From the NCBI GenBank assembly GCA_963816185.1, contig CAWFJJ010000030.1:416001-480000 (forward strand): a stretch of 64,000 nucleotides of DNA, in the 5' to 3' direction. Shown piece after piece: positions 29,741 to 39,705 of this stretch. The notes below the pieces were generated by a model. The model was given only the letters and a program-made list of their open reading frames with translations, ran no database searches and was not told the origin of the DNA. Position numbers and translations under genes: made by a program. Source of the DNA: Thermoanaerobaculia bacterium. GTDB lineage: Bacteria; Acidobacteriota; Thermoanaerobaculia; UBA5066. Numbering within the stretch: the stretch's first letter is position 1; each line of letters opens with the position of its first letter.

Positions 29741-31910
29741 GGCACGGCTCCCGGCGGCCTGACCTCGCGCGGGCGGGATGTCACACGCACGGACACGAGA
29801 CGGTCGTCCTGCTCGATGCGGTCGAGGACCTCCCATCCCTCGAGGACGCGCCCGAACACGGTGTAGCCGCCGTCGAGGTGGGGCTGCGAAGAAAGCGCGA
29901 CGAACCACTGCGACCCGCCCGTGTCCGCTCCTGAGAGCGCCATCCCCACGGCGCCGCGCGTGTAGCGCACCGGGTTGATCTCGTCGCGAATCGCATAGGC
30001 GGGACCGCCTCTCCCTTCGCCGCGCGGGTCGCCCGTCTGGACGACGAAGTCCGGCACGACGCGGTGGATCACCAACCCGTCGAAGAACCGCTTCGCAGCG
30101 AGCGCGCGAAAGCTCTCGACCGTGAGGGGCGCGTCCTCGGCGAGAAGCTCCATTCGGAATGCGCCGCGCGCCGTCGCGACCTCCGCCTCGAAGAGCGACT
30201 CGTTCGACGCGCGCGCGACACGGTCGTAATCCTCCGTCGAGAGCCGCGTCGCAACCGGGATCGGCCGGAAGGAAGCGGCGGAAGCGCCGTATTTTTCGAT
30301 CAGGAGGCGCCGCGCCTTCTCGCGCATGACAGCGTCCGAGTCGTTCGCATGCGCGGCCACGAGGGCGTGTCCGGCCTCCCCCCGTGCCGCCGCGGCGTCG
30401 AGCGCCCCGACGGTGAAGTCCGGTTCGGCCGACTCGAACGCGCGTTCGAACGCGGCCGACCACACCCGCCTGAGTTTTGCGCTCCCTTTCTCGAGAAGCG
30501 GCGCGGCCGCATCGAGCGCCACGTCCCTCACTGCGGCGTCGCGGTCGATCAGGCCGGCGAGAAGATACGCGGAGCGCTTCGGAGAATCCTGCTTGGAAAG
30601 GGAAGCGAGGGCTGCGGCGCGGACGCGCGCGAACGGGTCGGAATGAAGGGCCGTCGCCACCTGCACGTCCAGGGCGCTCTCCCCATTCAGGAACTTGAGC
30701 GCTTCCGCAGCACCGAGCCTCAGCTCGAGTGAGTCGCTCGCGGATGCCGCATCCAGTCTCTTCGCCGCCGCCTCCGGTGCCCGCGCAGCGTCGAGGCGCG
30801 TCAGAGAGACGAGGGCCGTCTGCCCACGCCACCCCTTTCGAAGAAGGTTCTCATCGAGCGCCGCACGCGACGCGGGCGAGTCGGGCAAGACCCCGAGCAG
30901 ACGCAGGGCGGCGATTGCCACTCCGGGAAGGGGGTCGTTGGCCCGCGCGACGGCCACGTCGAGAGCGCTGCGAGTCAGCTCGTCACCGACGGAGACGGGG
31001 ATTTTCTTAGAAAATGAATGCAGCGCGGCCAAGGCCTGTACGGCAACCGAGATGTCACGCGCTCGACGCGAGGCGGATCAGGTCTCCGGTGCTCTCCTCG
31101 TCTTCGAGGATTCCCATTGCCGCGCGCGGCCCAAGCGACTTCCTCGCTCGACGGCGCAGCCGGATTCTCATGCCCCTCTCTAAGCACCGCGCGAAGCGCG
31201 GAAGGTTCCTCCTCCCCCGCGCGGAGCGCGGGAGGATCCCCGCTCCCCTTTCTGAGCACCGCGCGAAGCGCGGGCGCCGCCTCCGGCTGAGGCTTGCGAG
31301 ACAGGGCATAAACGACCGCTCGCCTGAGCGCGGGAGCAAGATCCTTCTCTCCGAACGCGGTGAGGAGCGCCGTCACCGTCCGCGCCTCGGGCTTCCGAAA
31401 GAGCGCGAGAGCGCATGCCGGCCTCGGACCGGCCGGTTTTGCGAGAGACGCGAGGAGCGCGTCCGTGGCGTCCTTCCCCCCGATCTTCCCGAGCGCCTCG
31501 GCGGCGTTCGCGGCGGTCTCGACGTCCGGGTCCCCGAGCGCCGCGACGAGAAAGCGCAGGAGGCGCGCGTCGCCCGAGAGCCCCGCGCCGAACGTGGCCG
31601 CGCGGCGCACGAGGGGCTCCGCGTCCTTCAGGAGCACCGGCAGGTACACGGACGCGTCAGGATCCTTGAGGCGGGAGACCGCGAGCGCGGTTTTCGCGCG
31701 CAGCCAGGGGTCGGGCGAGGCGGCTGCGTGGCCCGAGAGGAGCGGATCGTACGCGCGGCGGTCCTCCATGCGGAGGAGGTCCGCGAATCCGATGAGGCGC
31801 TCGCGGTACGTGCCTTTCGGCAGGCCCTTCTCGGCGCCGAATGTGACACAGCCCGCGAGGACGACGAACGCGACGAGCGCGGCGAGCGCGCGAGGGTGGG
31901 CGCTTCGCAT
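29737..31910 (-). CDS. Lipoprotein with HEAT repeats and C-terminal cyclophilin-type PPIase; frameshifts near 31040-31120
   Basis: Lipobox VLAGC; HEAT repeats (LLKDAEPLVRRAA); cyclophilin IHRVVPDFVVQTGDP, GMALSGADTGGSQWF, PHLDGGYTVFG. Confidence 0.85.
30830..31273. repeat. Cluster 8 of dispersed motif, including a 72 bp-period direct duplication
   Basis: Forward 30830-30850, reverse gattttcttagaaaatgaat (31000-31019); cccctctctaagcaccgcgcgaagcgcgg (31173-31201) repeated as cccctttctgagcaccgcgcgaagcgcgg (31245-31273). Confidence 0.7.
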
Positions 31911-31927
31911 CGCTCGGACCGACTCCT

Positions 31928-32686
31928 CTAGAGTCCGACGACGAGCCGGTCGCCGAGCACCGCGGGCAGCCCCGCGCGTTGGATCTTCCGGCGCGTGGCG
32001 CCCACGTCGTACGGCACGCGGTCGAAATGGACGACGCGGGCGTTCGCGTCGTAGATCGCGTACGCCGCACGGGGATTCCGGTCCCTCGGCTGGCCGACCG
32101 ATCCGGGATTCACGAGGTAACGCTTCCCGGGCTCGAGACGCAGCTTCGCGCGAGCCTCGCGCACGGCTTCCACGCGAATCCCGCCCGGCTCCAGCGTGAA
32201 AATCGAGGGGATGTGGCTGTGGCCGAAAAAACACAGGTCCATGCCCTCGGCGAAGCGGTGCATCTGGACGAAATTCAGGGACGCGTCGAAGTCCGAGAAG
32301 ATGTAGGCGTCTTCGTCGAGCGGCGACCCGTGGCACACGACGAAGCGCCCGTCCACGATCTCGGGCCCGATCGGAAGCTTCCTGAGGAACTCCATGTTCT
32401 GCTTCGAGAGGCGCTCTACCGTCCAGCGCACCGCTTCGAGAGCGGGCGGGTTGAACAGCAGCCCTTCCTCGACGCCCGCGACGACCTTGTCGTGGTTCCC
32501 ACGCACCGAGATCGTCGTCCGGCGCAGCTTCCGGAAGCGGTCCAGCACCTTGTTCGGATCCGCGGCGTAGCCGACGAAGTCGCCGAGGCACACCACCCGG
32601 TCGAACGTCTTTCGCTTCACGCGGCGCAAGACGGCGGTCAGCGCTTCGTCGTTCGAATGCAGGTCGGACAGGATGAGGTAGCGCAC
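31928..32686 (-). CDS. Metallophosphoesterase (calcineurin-like)
   Basis: SDLHSN, LGDFVGY, RGNHD, CHGSP, FGHSH, NPGSVGQPRD. Confidence 0.92.
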   Translation of the reverse strand: MRYLILSDLHSNDEALTAVLRRVKRKTFDRVVCLGDFVGYAADPNKVLDRFRKLRRTTISVRGNHDKVVAGVEEGLLFNPPALEAVRWTVERLSKQNMEFLRKLPIGPEIVDGRFVVCHGSPLDEDAYIFSDFDASLNFVQMHRFAEGMDLCFFGHSHIPSIFTLEPGGIRVEAVREARAKLRLEPGKRYLVNPGSVGQPRDRNPRAAYAIYDANARVVHFDRVPYDVGATRRKIQRAGLPAVLGDRLVVGL

Positions 32687-32687
32687 G

Positions 32688-33275
32688 TCAGCACCCGGCG
32701 TTCCCGGGGTCGAGCAAGCGGGCCAGCCGGCTGGCGACCTCGCCGGGAGTCGTCTCTTGGTCCACGTCCAGGGTCCGGTCCGCCATCTTATAGAAGGGGC
32801 GCCGGGCTTCCCAGAGGTTTCGGGCCGACTCGAGCGAGTCGAACAGCGGCCGGTCGGCGGCCTTCTCGGCGAGCCGCGCCGCGAGCACGTCGAAGGGCGG
32901 GTCGAGAAAAACGGAGACGCCGTGTTCCCTCACGAACCGGACGTTCTCGGGGAATGTGAACGTTCCGCCTCCGAGGGCGATCACGGCTTGCGTGAGCGAT
33001 GCCGTGCCGCGCAGAAGCTCCGATTCCCGTTCCCGAAAATAGGCTTCCCCGTGGGTTTCGAACGTCTCGCGGATGGTCCGCCCTGACATCGACTCGAACG
33101 TGAGATCGAGGTCCACGAAAGGCACGTCCCACCGGTCCGCGAGAATCCGCCCGCTGGTCGTCTTGCCGCTCCCCATGAAGCCGACGAGGTAGACCCGCCC
33201 CGGGACCCTGGACGCGGGACCCTCCGCGCGGCCCGTCAGAGGGGCGGGGCGTTCTTGAGCCACCGCTCGAGCCAC
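32688..33275 (-). CDS. aroK: Shikimate kinase (start GTG 33275 or coupled CTG 33239)
   Basis: [31 protein letters not shown]. Confidence 0.92.
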   Translation of the reverse strand: MARAVAQERPAPLTGRAEGPASRVPGRVYLVGFMGSGKTTSGRILADRWDVPFVDLDLTFESMSGRTIRETFETHGEAYFRERESELLRGTASLTQAVIALGGGTFTFPENVRFVREHGVSVFLDPPFDVLAARLAEKAADRPLFDSLESARNLWEARRPFYKMADRTLDVDQETTPGEVASRLARLLDPGNAGC

Positions 33276-34606
33276 TTCGTGGAAACGCGGCCGCTGCGCA
33301 CGTCCGGGTCGTCGAGAAGCCTCAGGTGGAGCGGGATCGTGGTTTTCACGCCTTCCACGATGAACAGCTCCAGCGCGCGCTTCCCGCGGCTGAGCGCCTC
33401 GTCGCGGTCGCGACCGTGCGCGATGAGCTTCGCGATGAGCGAATCGTAGTATTGCGGGATCTTCCAGCCCGAATAGGCCGCCGTGTCGACGCGCACTCCG
33501 GGCCCGCCCGGCAGGTGAAGCGTCGTGATCGTACCCGGTGAGGGAGCGAACGTGACCGGGTCCTCGGCGTTGATGCGAAACTCGATCGCGTGTCCCTGCG
33601 GGCGCCAGCCGAGGCCGTCGCCAGGGGGGGTCGGCCCGAACGACAGCGGCTCACCCGCGGCGACCCGGATCTGCTCCTTCACGAGGTCGAAGCCGGTCAC
33701 CATCTCCGTCACCGGGTGCTCGACCTGGATGCGCGTGTTCATCTCCATGAAGTAGAACGAGCCGTCCTCGTCCACGAGGAATTCCACGGTGCCGGCCCCC
33801 ACGTAGTCCACCGCCTTCGCCACGGCGACCGCCGCGGCGCCCATTTTCGAGCGCAGGGCGTCCGTGAGCGCCGGCGAAGGCGATTCCTCGAGGATTTTCT
33901 GATGGCGTCTCTGGAGCGAGCACTCCCGCTCGCCGAGGTGGACGACGCGTCCGGACTGGTCGCCGAAGATCTGGAGCTCGACGTGCCGCGGCTCCGCGAG
34001 GTACTTCTCGAGATAGAGGCTCCCGTTGCCGAACGCGCGCTCGGCCTCCGACGTCGCGAGCTCGAAGGCCGCCGCAAGCTCCTTGTCCGAGCGCGCCACG
34101 CGCATCCCGCGGCCTCCGCCTCCGGCGACAGCCTTCAGAAGGACGGGATAGCCGATCCGCACCGCGATGTTCATTGCGTCCTCGATCGAGGCGAGCGGAC
34201 CGGGGCTGCCGGGAATCGTGGGCACGCCCACTTTTCGGACGGTCTCCTTCGCGACGGCCTTGTCGCCCATCCGCCGGATCGCATCCGGCGAGGGCCCGAT
34301 CCACTTCAATCCGACCTCCTCGAGGATCTCCGCGAAGTGCGCGTTCTCCGCAAGGAAGCCGTAGCCGGGATGCACGGCGTCGGCGCCGGTGATCTCGGCA
34401 GCCGCCACGAGCGAAGTGATGTTCAGGTACGAGCCTGCGGGCGCAGCCGGGCCGATGCACACCGATTCGTCGGCCGCCCGAACGTGGAGGGAGTCGCGGT
34501 CCGCCTCGGAGTGGACGGCGACCGTCGCGATCGAAAGCTCCTTACAGGCCGCGATGACGCGAAGCGCGATCTCCCCACGGTTCGCGACGAGAATCTTCTG
34601 AAACAC
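33236..34606 (-). CDS. accC: Acetyl-CoA carboxylase, biotin carboxylase subunit
   Basis: [63 protein letters not shown]. Confidence 0.97.
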   Translation of the reverse strand: MFQKILVANRGEIALRVIAACKELSIATVAVHSEADRDSLHVRAADESVCIGPAAPAGSYLNITSLVAAAEITGADAVHPGYGFLAENAHFAEILEEVGLKWIGPSPDAIRRMGDKAVAKETVRKVGVPTIPGSPGPLASIEDAMNIAVRIGYPVLLKAVAGGGGRGMRVARSDKELAAAFELATSEAERAFGNGSLYLEKYLAEPRHVELQIFGDQSGRVVHLGERECSLQRRHQKILEESPSPALTDALRSKMGAAAVAVAKAVDYVGAGTVEFLVDEDGSFYFMEMNTRIQVEHPVTEMVTGFDLVKEQIRVAAGEPLSFGPTPPGDGLGWRPQGHAIEFRINAEDPVTFAPSPGTITTLHLPGGPGVRVDTAAYSGWKIPQYYDSLIAKLIAHGRDRDEALSRGKRALELFIVEGVKTTIPLHLRLLDDPDVRSGRVSTKWLERWLKNAPPL

Positions 34607-34616
34607 GTGCCACCCG

Positions 34617-35108
34617 TCAGCGCTGCTGGATCGCGAAGAGCTTCTCTCCGAACTCCACCGGCTGTGCGTTCTGCGGGTAGATGGCGACCACCGTGCCTGC
34701 GATGTCCGCTTCGATCTCGTTCATGAGCTTCATCGCCTCGACGATGCAGAGGGTCTTGCCCTTCTCGACGACGTCGCCGATCTTCACGAAGGGCTCGGCG
34801 TCCGGTGTCGGGGAGCGGTAGAACGTGCCGACGATCGGCGCGGTGATGACGTGAAACCCCTCGCGCTCTCCCGAGCTCGGCGGCCCCGGGGGCACGTGCG
34901 GGGCGATCGTCGCGGACGGTGCGGCCGGAGGCAGCGCGGGCACCTCGGAGGTCGCCTGATCGGCGAGGGCTTGAGTGAAAGCGGGCGCGGGGCGATGCGC
35001 AGGCGCCCCTTCGATGCGGAGGCGGAAACCCGCCCGTTCGATCTCGAGGCCGGCGAGCCCCCGGCGCGACACCAGGTCGACGAGTTCCTTGATCTCCTTG
35101 ACGTTCAT
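34617..35108 (-). CDS. accB: Biotin carboxyl carrier protein
   Basis: [11 protein letters not shown], biotinylation motif [14 protein letters not shown]. Confidence 0.96.
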   Translation of the reverse strand: MNVKEIKELVDLVSRRGLAGLEIERAGFRLRIEGAPAHRPAPAFTQALADQATSEVPALPPAAPSATIAPHVPPGPPSSGEREGFHVITAPIVGTFYRSPTPDAEPFVKIGDVVEKGKTLCIVEAMKLMNEIEADIAGTVVAIYPQNAQPVEFGEKLFAIQQR

Positions 35109-35148
35109 TGTTCCCTTTCGATTCCCGTGGCGCGTCCCGGGAGGCCTC

Positions 35149-36741
35149 TCAGCGAACCGCCGGGCGGAGGGCGCGCGCGGTTCGCGCCGCCTCCCACCGG
35201 ATCTCGCCAAGCGCCGCCTCGGGGTCGACCCGCAGGATGAGAGAGTAATCGGCATTGACGGGCGAGACGACGACCCCGCCATTCGGGCCCGCGACCGCGA
35301 GGGTCTCGAGCTCGCCCGTGCCGATCTCGGCCGTCGTGCGCCGGACGTTCTTCAGGAACGAGCTGAGCTCCGCGACGAGAGTCTCCATCGCGGCTTCGCG
35401 CGACGACGGTCCGGCCATCACGACGGGAAGCCCCTCGAGATCGGTGAGCGTCGCGGCGCGGATTCCCTCGGTCCGTTCGACGAGGTTCGAGAGAATCCCA
35501 TGCAGGTCGTCGACGGTCGCCTCGGGGCGCTTCGGGAAGCGCCGCGCGAGACGCCGAAGGCGGGGATGGTCCATCCGCTCGGCGGGAGGAAGCGCCGCGG
35601 CCTTTTCGAGCAGCGCGCGGGCGCGCGCCTCGTCGGCGGCCGTCTCGGCGAGCGTGCGATACGTCTCGCGGGCGTCGGCCAGGTGGCCTTGAGTGCGGTA
35701 GAGATCTCCCAGAGTCTCCGAGACGATGGGCTCTCCTTTCGCCGGCGCCTCGGGTATGACGTCGGAGACGTCGAACGGAGCCGTCTCGACGGGCCTGCTG
35801 GCGGAAATCGTCGCCGCCTCGGTCCGGTAGAGGTCCACCGGGAACGTGAACGGGGCCGTCGCCTCTTCCTCCGGAACGTCCGGCACCGCTTCGCTCTCGG
35901 CGAGCGAGAACGGCGCTTTCTCGGGCTCCGGTTGCTCGCGAACCGTCGCGATCGGCGCGGTGAACGGCGAAAGCGGGGGCGCCTCGGCAGGGACGGCGAC
36001 GACCGGTGAAGTCTCCACGGGAACGTCCAGGACCGGCGGCGGAGGCGGAAGAGGTGGCGGCGCCTCCAGCGGCGGCAGATGCACGGCCTCGACAGGCCTC
36101 GACGTCGCCGAGACGTCGTAGGAGAGCTCCATTGGGTCCGGCTTCGTCTCGGGCGGCGGGGGCGGAGGAGGCGTCGACTCGACGCGTTCCAGCCGCGGGA
36201 TCATCTGGGCCCGGCGAATTCCGCTCGTATAAGCGTGCGAGGGGCGCGGCGTCTCGGAAAAGTCGGTGAAAACGGGCTGGACGCCCGAGCGCGGGCGCTC
36301 GGCTGCCGCCGCCGACATCTCCTCCTCGAGCTTCTGGATGATCTCGTTCACGTCGCGGTCTCCGGCCTTGAGGCCGCGATAGAGCTTCAGCTTCTTGATC
36401 GCCTCGATCTTGTCTCCCCTGGCCAGGTAGACCTCGGCGAGCTGGCGGATTGCGACCAGGTTCTCGCGATCCAGGCGGAGCGCGTTCGTGAACGCGCGGA
36501 TCGCGTCCTCGAGGCGGTCGAGCTGCTGATAGGTCCGTCCGAGAGCGACGTGGGCCGCGACCGAGGTGGAGTGCAGTTGGAGCCCGCGCTCGAGAGTGAT
36601 GACGGCGTCGCGGTACTTCCCGTGACGGCGGTATTCCTCGGCGAGCGCCAGGAACTGGCGGGACGTGGGGTCTTTCTGGAGAAGCCTCTTGAGCTCCTCG
36701 AGACGGGACACCGGGGTGGAAGGACCGCCGAAAAAGGCCAT
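35149..36741 (-). CDS. TPR protein with Pro/Glu-rich linker and C-terminal Roadblock/LC7 domain
   Basis: N-terminal TPRs (FLALAEEYRR), linker, SETLGDLYRTQGH TPR, C-terminal EGIRAATLTDLEGL...ALGEIRW roadblock pattern. Confidence 0.8.
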   Translation of the reverse strand: MAFFGGPSTPVSRLEELKRLLQKDPTSRQFLALAEEYRRHGKYRDAVITLERGLQLHSTSVAAHVALGRTYQQLDRLEDAIRAFTNALRLDRENLVAIRQLAEVYLARGDKIEAIKKLKLYRGLKAGDRDVNEIIQKLEEEMSAAAAERPRSGVQPVFTDFSETPRPSHAYTSGIRRAQMIPRLERVESTPPPPPPPETKPDPMELSYDVSATSRPVEAVHLPPLEAPPPLPPPPPVLDVPVETSPVVAVPAEAPPLSPFTAPIATVREQPEPEKAPFSLAESEAVPDVPEEEATAPFTFPVDLYRTEAATISASRPVETAPFDVSDVIPEAPAKGEPIVSETLGDLYRTQGHLADARETYRTLAETAADEARARALLEKAAALPPAERMDHPRLRRLARRFPKRPEATVDDLHGILSNLVERTEGIRAATLTDLEGLPVVMAGPSSREAAMETLVAELSSFLKNVRRTTAEIGTGELETLAVAGPNGGVVVSPVNADYSLILRVDPEAALGEIRWEAARTARALRPAVR

Positions 36742-36788
36742 GTGCGTTTGATCCGACCCTCGAGTCTACGGCATCCGGCTTCGAGAAA

Positions 36789-36816
36789 GTTCGGGCCGCC
36801 CGGAGGCGGCCCGAAC
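36789..36816 (-). terminator. Rho-independent terminator after the pil/lipoprotein operon
   Basis: 12 bp stem gttcgggccgcc-cgga-ggcggcccgaac followed on the minus strand by TTTCT. Confidence 0.7.
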
Positions 36817-36839
36817 GGAAAGAGATTCTGGAAAGGAAA

Positions 36840-39087
36840 TCAGGGGTTGATGACGAGCGAGTAGGTCGTGGGATGCGGTTGCGGCCAAGGAGTCGGTCAC
36901 GGTCACGGTGACCGTCGAGTTCCCGGCCGCGGTCGGGAGTGCCCGAGATGACGCCGCTGCCCGAATTGATCACGAGGGCCGGCGGGCAATCCGGAGGCGG
37001 ACCACGATATAAGGACGGCGTACCCGCCACTCGCCGCCATCGTGACGGCTCGTACGCGCCGCCGTCAGTACCCGAAGGAAGAGACGGCGGTCGTGATAGT
37101 GAGCGCGGCATTGCAGGTCGGGTCGAGCGGGTGGTAGATGAGCACGTTCGGCAGGTCGACCGTGCAGTTCGTCGGCGCGCTCTTGCAGGCGGATCCCGAA
37201 CGACGTCGGCACGAACTTGACGCCGGTAGACCGCTCCGCCGAGGATGCAGTTCTGCTGGTTCAGGGCGGAGTTCGGCACCGCCGGCGCGACGAAGGTGAC
37301 GTCGTCGCGTTCGTGACGTTCGCGTTGTTGACGGGCGTGCCGAAAGACGACCGCGCCGTCCTTGACGAGCTGCACGGTCATCGGATCCGTGAAGTTGCCG
37401 CCGGTGACCGTGATCGTCGCCGGCGCGTCCGTCGAGGCGGAACGGCGAGCCGTCCTGGCTCAGGTTGTTCGGAGCCGCGCTCGTGGCGAACGGCGGGGCG
37501 GCGTGATACGTGAAGGGCACGGCGATCGGGGCGGCACGTGAGGCTCAGGAACGAGATGTTGATGTTGCCGGACACGTCCGCGCACGGCGGCGACCCGCCG
37601 AGGAGCTGGCTGAGCGGCGGCATCGTGAGAACGATCGCGTTCGACGACACGGACGTCACGCTCAACGGGATGAGCGCGCTCCCCGCGTTGAAGTTCGCCG
37701 TGATCGGCTCTTCGAAGTTCGCGCCGGAAATGACGACGGTCGTCGCCACCAATCCGTCCGCGGACGAAGGCGACGCAGTGCCCAGGGTCGGGCACGAGTA
37801 GTACTTGAAGCAGGCCGGACACGTATCGCCCAGGTTGGTGGTGGGATTCTTGATGACGATGTCCACGAGCTGGTTCGAGAGGCAGACGTTGCCGCCCACG
37901 GCGATCGGAGTCTTGAAGACGATCGTCGTCAACGTGATATCCGAAACAGCGGCCTCGACGAGCTGCTGACCGCAGGCGCCGCCGGTCAGGAAGACCTGCA
38001 TCGGGAACTGGAAGCCGGTGCCGAAGATCGAGACGCGGGTCGACGCGTCGTTCGGGCCCGTCTTCGGCGAAGTCGAGTAAATATGCGGGGTGAAAACACT
38101 ACGGTACGTGAACTGCTGCGGCGAGGTGGCCGACTGCTGCGAGACGAGGCCGAGGTCCCGCGTGACGACGACGTCGCACACTTCCAGCGCCAGCGGGCTC
38201 GCCGGCGTGGTGACCGTAACATGCTGGTCCGCCTGGTCCGTGATCTGCGCCGGCCGGCCGCAGAAGGTGACCCGCGTCGTCGCGATGTTGGAGCCGAAGT
38301 TGCCGCCGAGAATGTTGACGAGGTCGCCGCCCGCGGACTTCCCTTCGGTCGGATTGATCGACGAGACGAAGATCTTCTGACCGACCGGGATGCACGCGAA
38401 CGTGAACTGTTTCGGCGGTGACGACAATCCGCCCACGACCACGACGACGTCGACGGTCTCCGCCACGGCGGGATTCTTCAGCGTGCGAGCCGGCGTCGTC
38501 ACGGTGATCTCCGTGTTCGTGACGGTCTTCGTCGAGCCTCTCACGCCTCCGAAGAAAACGTCGGCCGTTCCGTTTCCGAACCGGCCGCCCAGAATCGTGA
38601 CCGTGTCGCCGCCTGCGCACGAACCCGTGTTCGGGGAGAGCGAGGAGATGAACGGGCCGACGTCCGGAACGCCGCCGAAATTCAAATTGATCTGCGCGTT
38701 CGCGCAATCGAAGATCGCCTTCACGTGCGCCGTGCCGCCGTTGTTGGAGAAGACGGTCACGTCGGCGACGCCGCCGCTCGTCGTCTTCGAGACGGTTGGG
38801 AGGCCGTTCTCCTCGAAGACGCCGAGGTCCGTCGAGAACTGCACGGAGCCGCCATCCGGAACCGGGACGCCTGCCCGCGTCACCGTGGCCCTCACGATGG
38901 AGGCCGACCCGACGAATGGACTCTGCGTCGTGGCCGACATCGAGACGAGCACCGTGCAGGAACCGCCGCTACCGCTACCGGGTCCGCCGCCCGCTGAGGG
39001 CGACGTCGGCGTCTCGCCGGAGCAGCCGCTGAGGAGCACGGCAAGGCCCGCGACCAGCGCGGCGCTCGGAATCTGGAAACGTCGCAT
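36840..39087 (-). CDS. Large Cys-rich lipoprotein with Ig-like, IPT/TIG and C-terminal putative Ig domains; several frameshifts in the 3' part
   Basis: Lipobox LLSGC; Big1-like VPDGGSVQFSTDLG; IPT repeats ISSLSPNTG/VSSINPTEG/IYSTSPKTG; terminal SGVISGTP...VTVTVTDS...YSLVINP in shifted frames. Confidence 0.75.
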
Positions 39088-39100
39088 GGAAGTCACCTCG

Positions 39101-39694
39101 TCACTGGGCACGCTTCGCCTCGATGCGCCCGGTGGAGCCGCAATAGATGAAAGTCATGCCGAAAGTCGCCACGTTCGAGACGACGGGCTGCCCCGAAAGC
39201 GTGTGGCCGTACCACGTCACGTTTCCGGCCTGGCGGATCTCCGCCCGCCCCGTCTCTTTGTCGATGCCGCCGTTGAACGGGAAGAGCTGGTCGAGCGGAG
39301 GCCGGATGAGGTCGTCCGCCGACATGAACTCGTAATTCGTCAACGTGGCCACCCCGTTCGGCGGGACGAGGCCGTTGCCGGGAAAGGTCTGCGAGGGCGA
39401 GGCCACCGTCCCGCCGTCGACGCGCTTCCAGACGACGACGTAGGTGTCGACCTGCGTGTCGAGAAACTGCGTCGCGGTCACGGTCGGGTTCTTGAGGCGG
39501 CTGTGGAGCGTGGTCGTCGCGAACTGAAGGGGTGTGTTGTCGTTCACGCACTTCTGGAGAGGCAGGAGCGTGAATTCGCCCGCGAGGAAAACCGGTGAGG
39601 CGCTGTCGCCCTGCGTGTTCGTCGAGCAGCCGGGCAGCGCGGCGGCGGTGACCGCGGCGAGCACGGCGGCGAGAGTGGAAAAGCGCTTCTTCAT
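39101..39694 (-). CDS. Uncharacterised lipoprotein downstream of pilQ
   Basis: MKKRF signal, lipobox LPGC, GAGGAG SD; beta-rich mature region. Confidence 0.75.
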   Translation of the reverse strand: MKKRFSTLAAVLAAVTAAALPGCSTNTQGDSASPVFLAGEFTLLPLQKCVNDNTPLQFATTTLHSRLKNPTVTATQFLDTQVDTYVVVWKRVDGGTVASPSQTFPGNGLVPPNGVATLTNYEFMSADDLIRPPLDQLFPFNGGIDKETGRAEIRQAGNVTWYGHTLSGQPVVSNVATFGMTFIYCGSTGRIEAKRAQ

Positions 39695-39705
39695 CGATTC
39701 GCTCC

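Noticed and set aside
2398-31273. Motif pairs as terminal inverted repeats of one IS or MITE
   Set aside because: Internal sequences are unrelated, vary in length and are often conserved coding sequence; no target duplications or transposase seen. Not fully excluded for the insert-associated copies
32785-36840. Weak motif look-alikes at about 32785 (atcttatagaagggg) and 36824 (gattctggaaaggaaat)
   Set aside because: Core is mismatched and the copies are unpaired, so they were not counted
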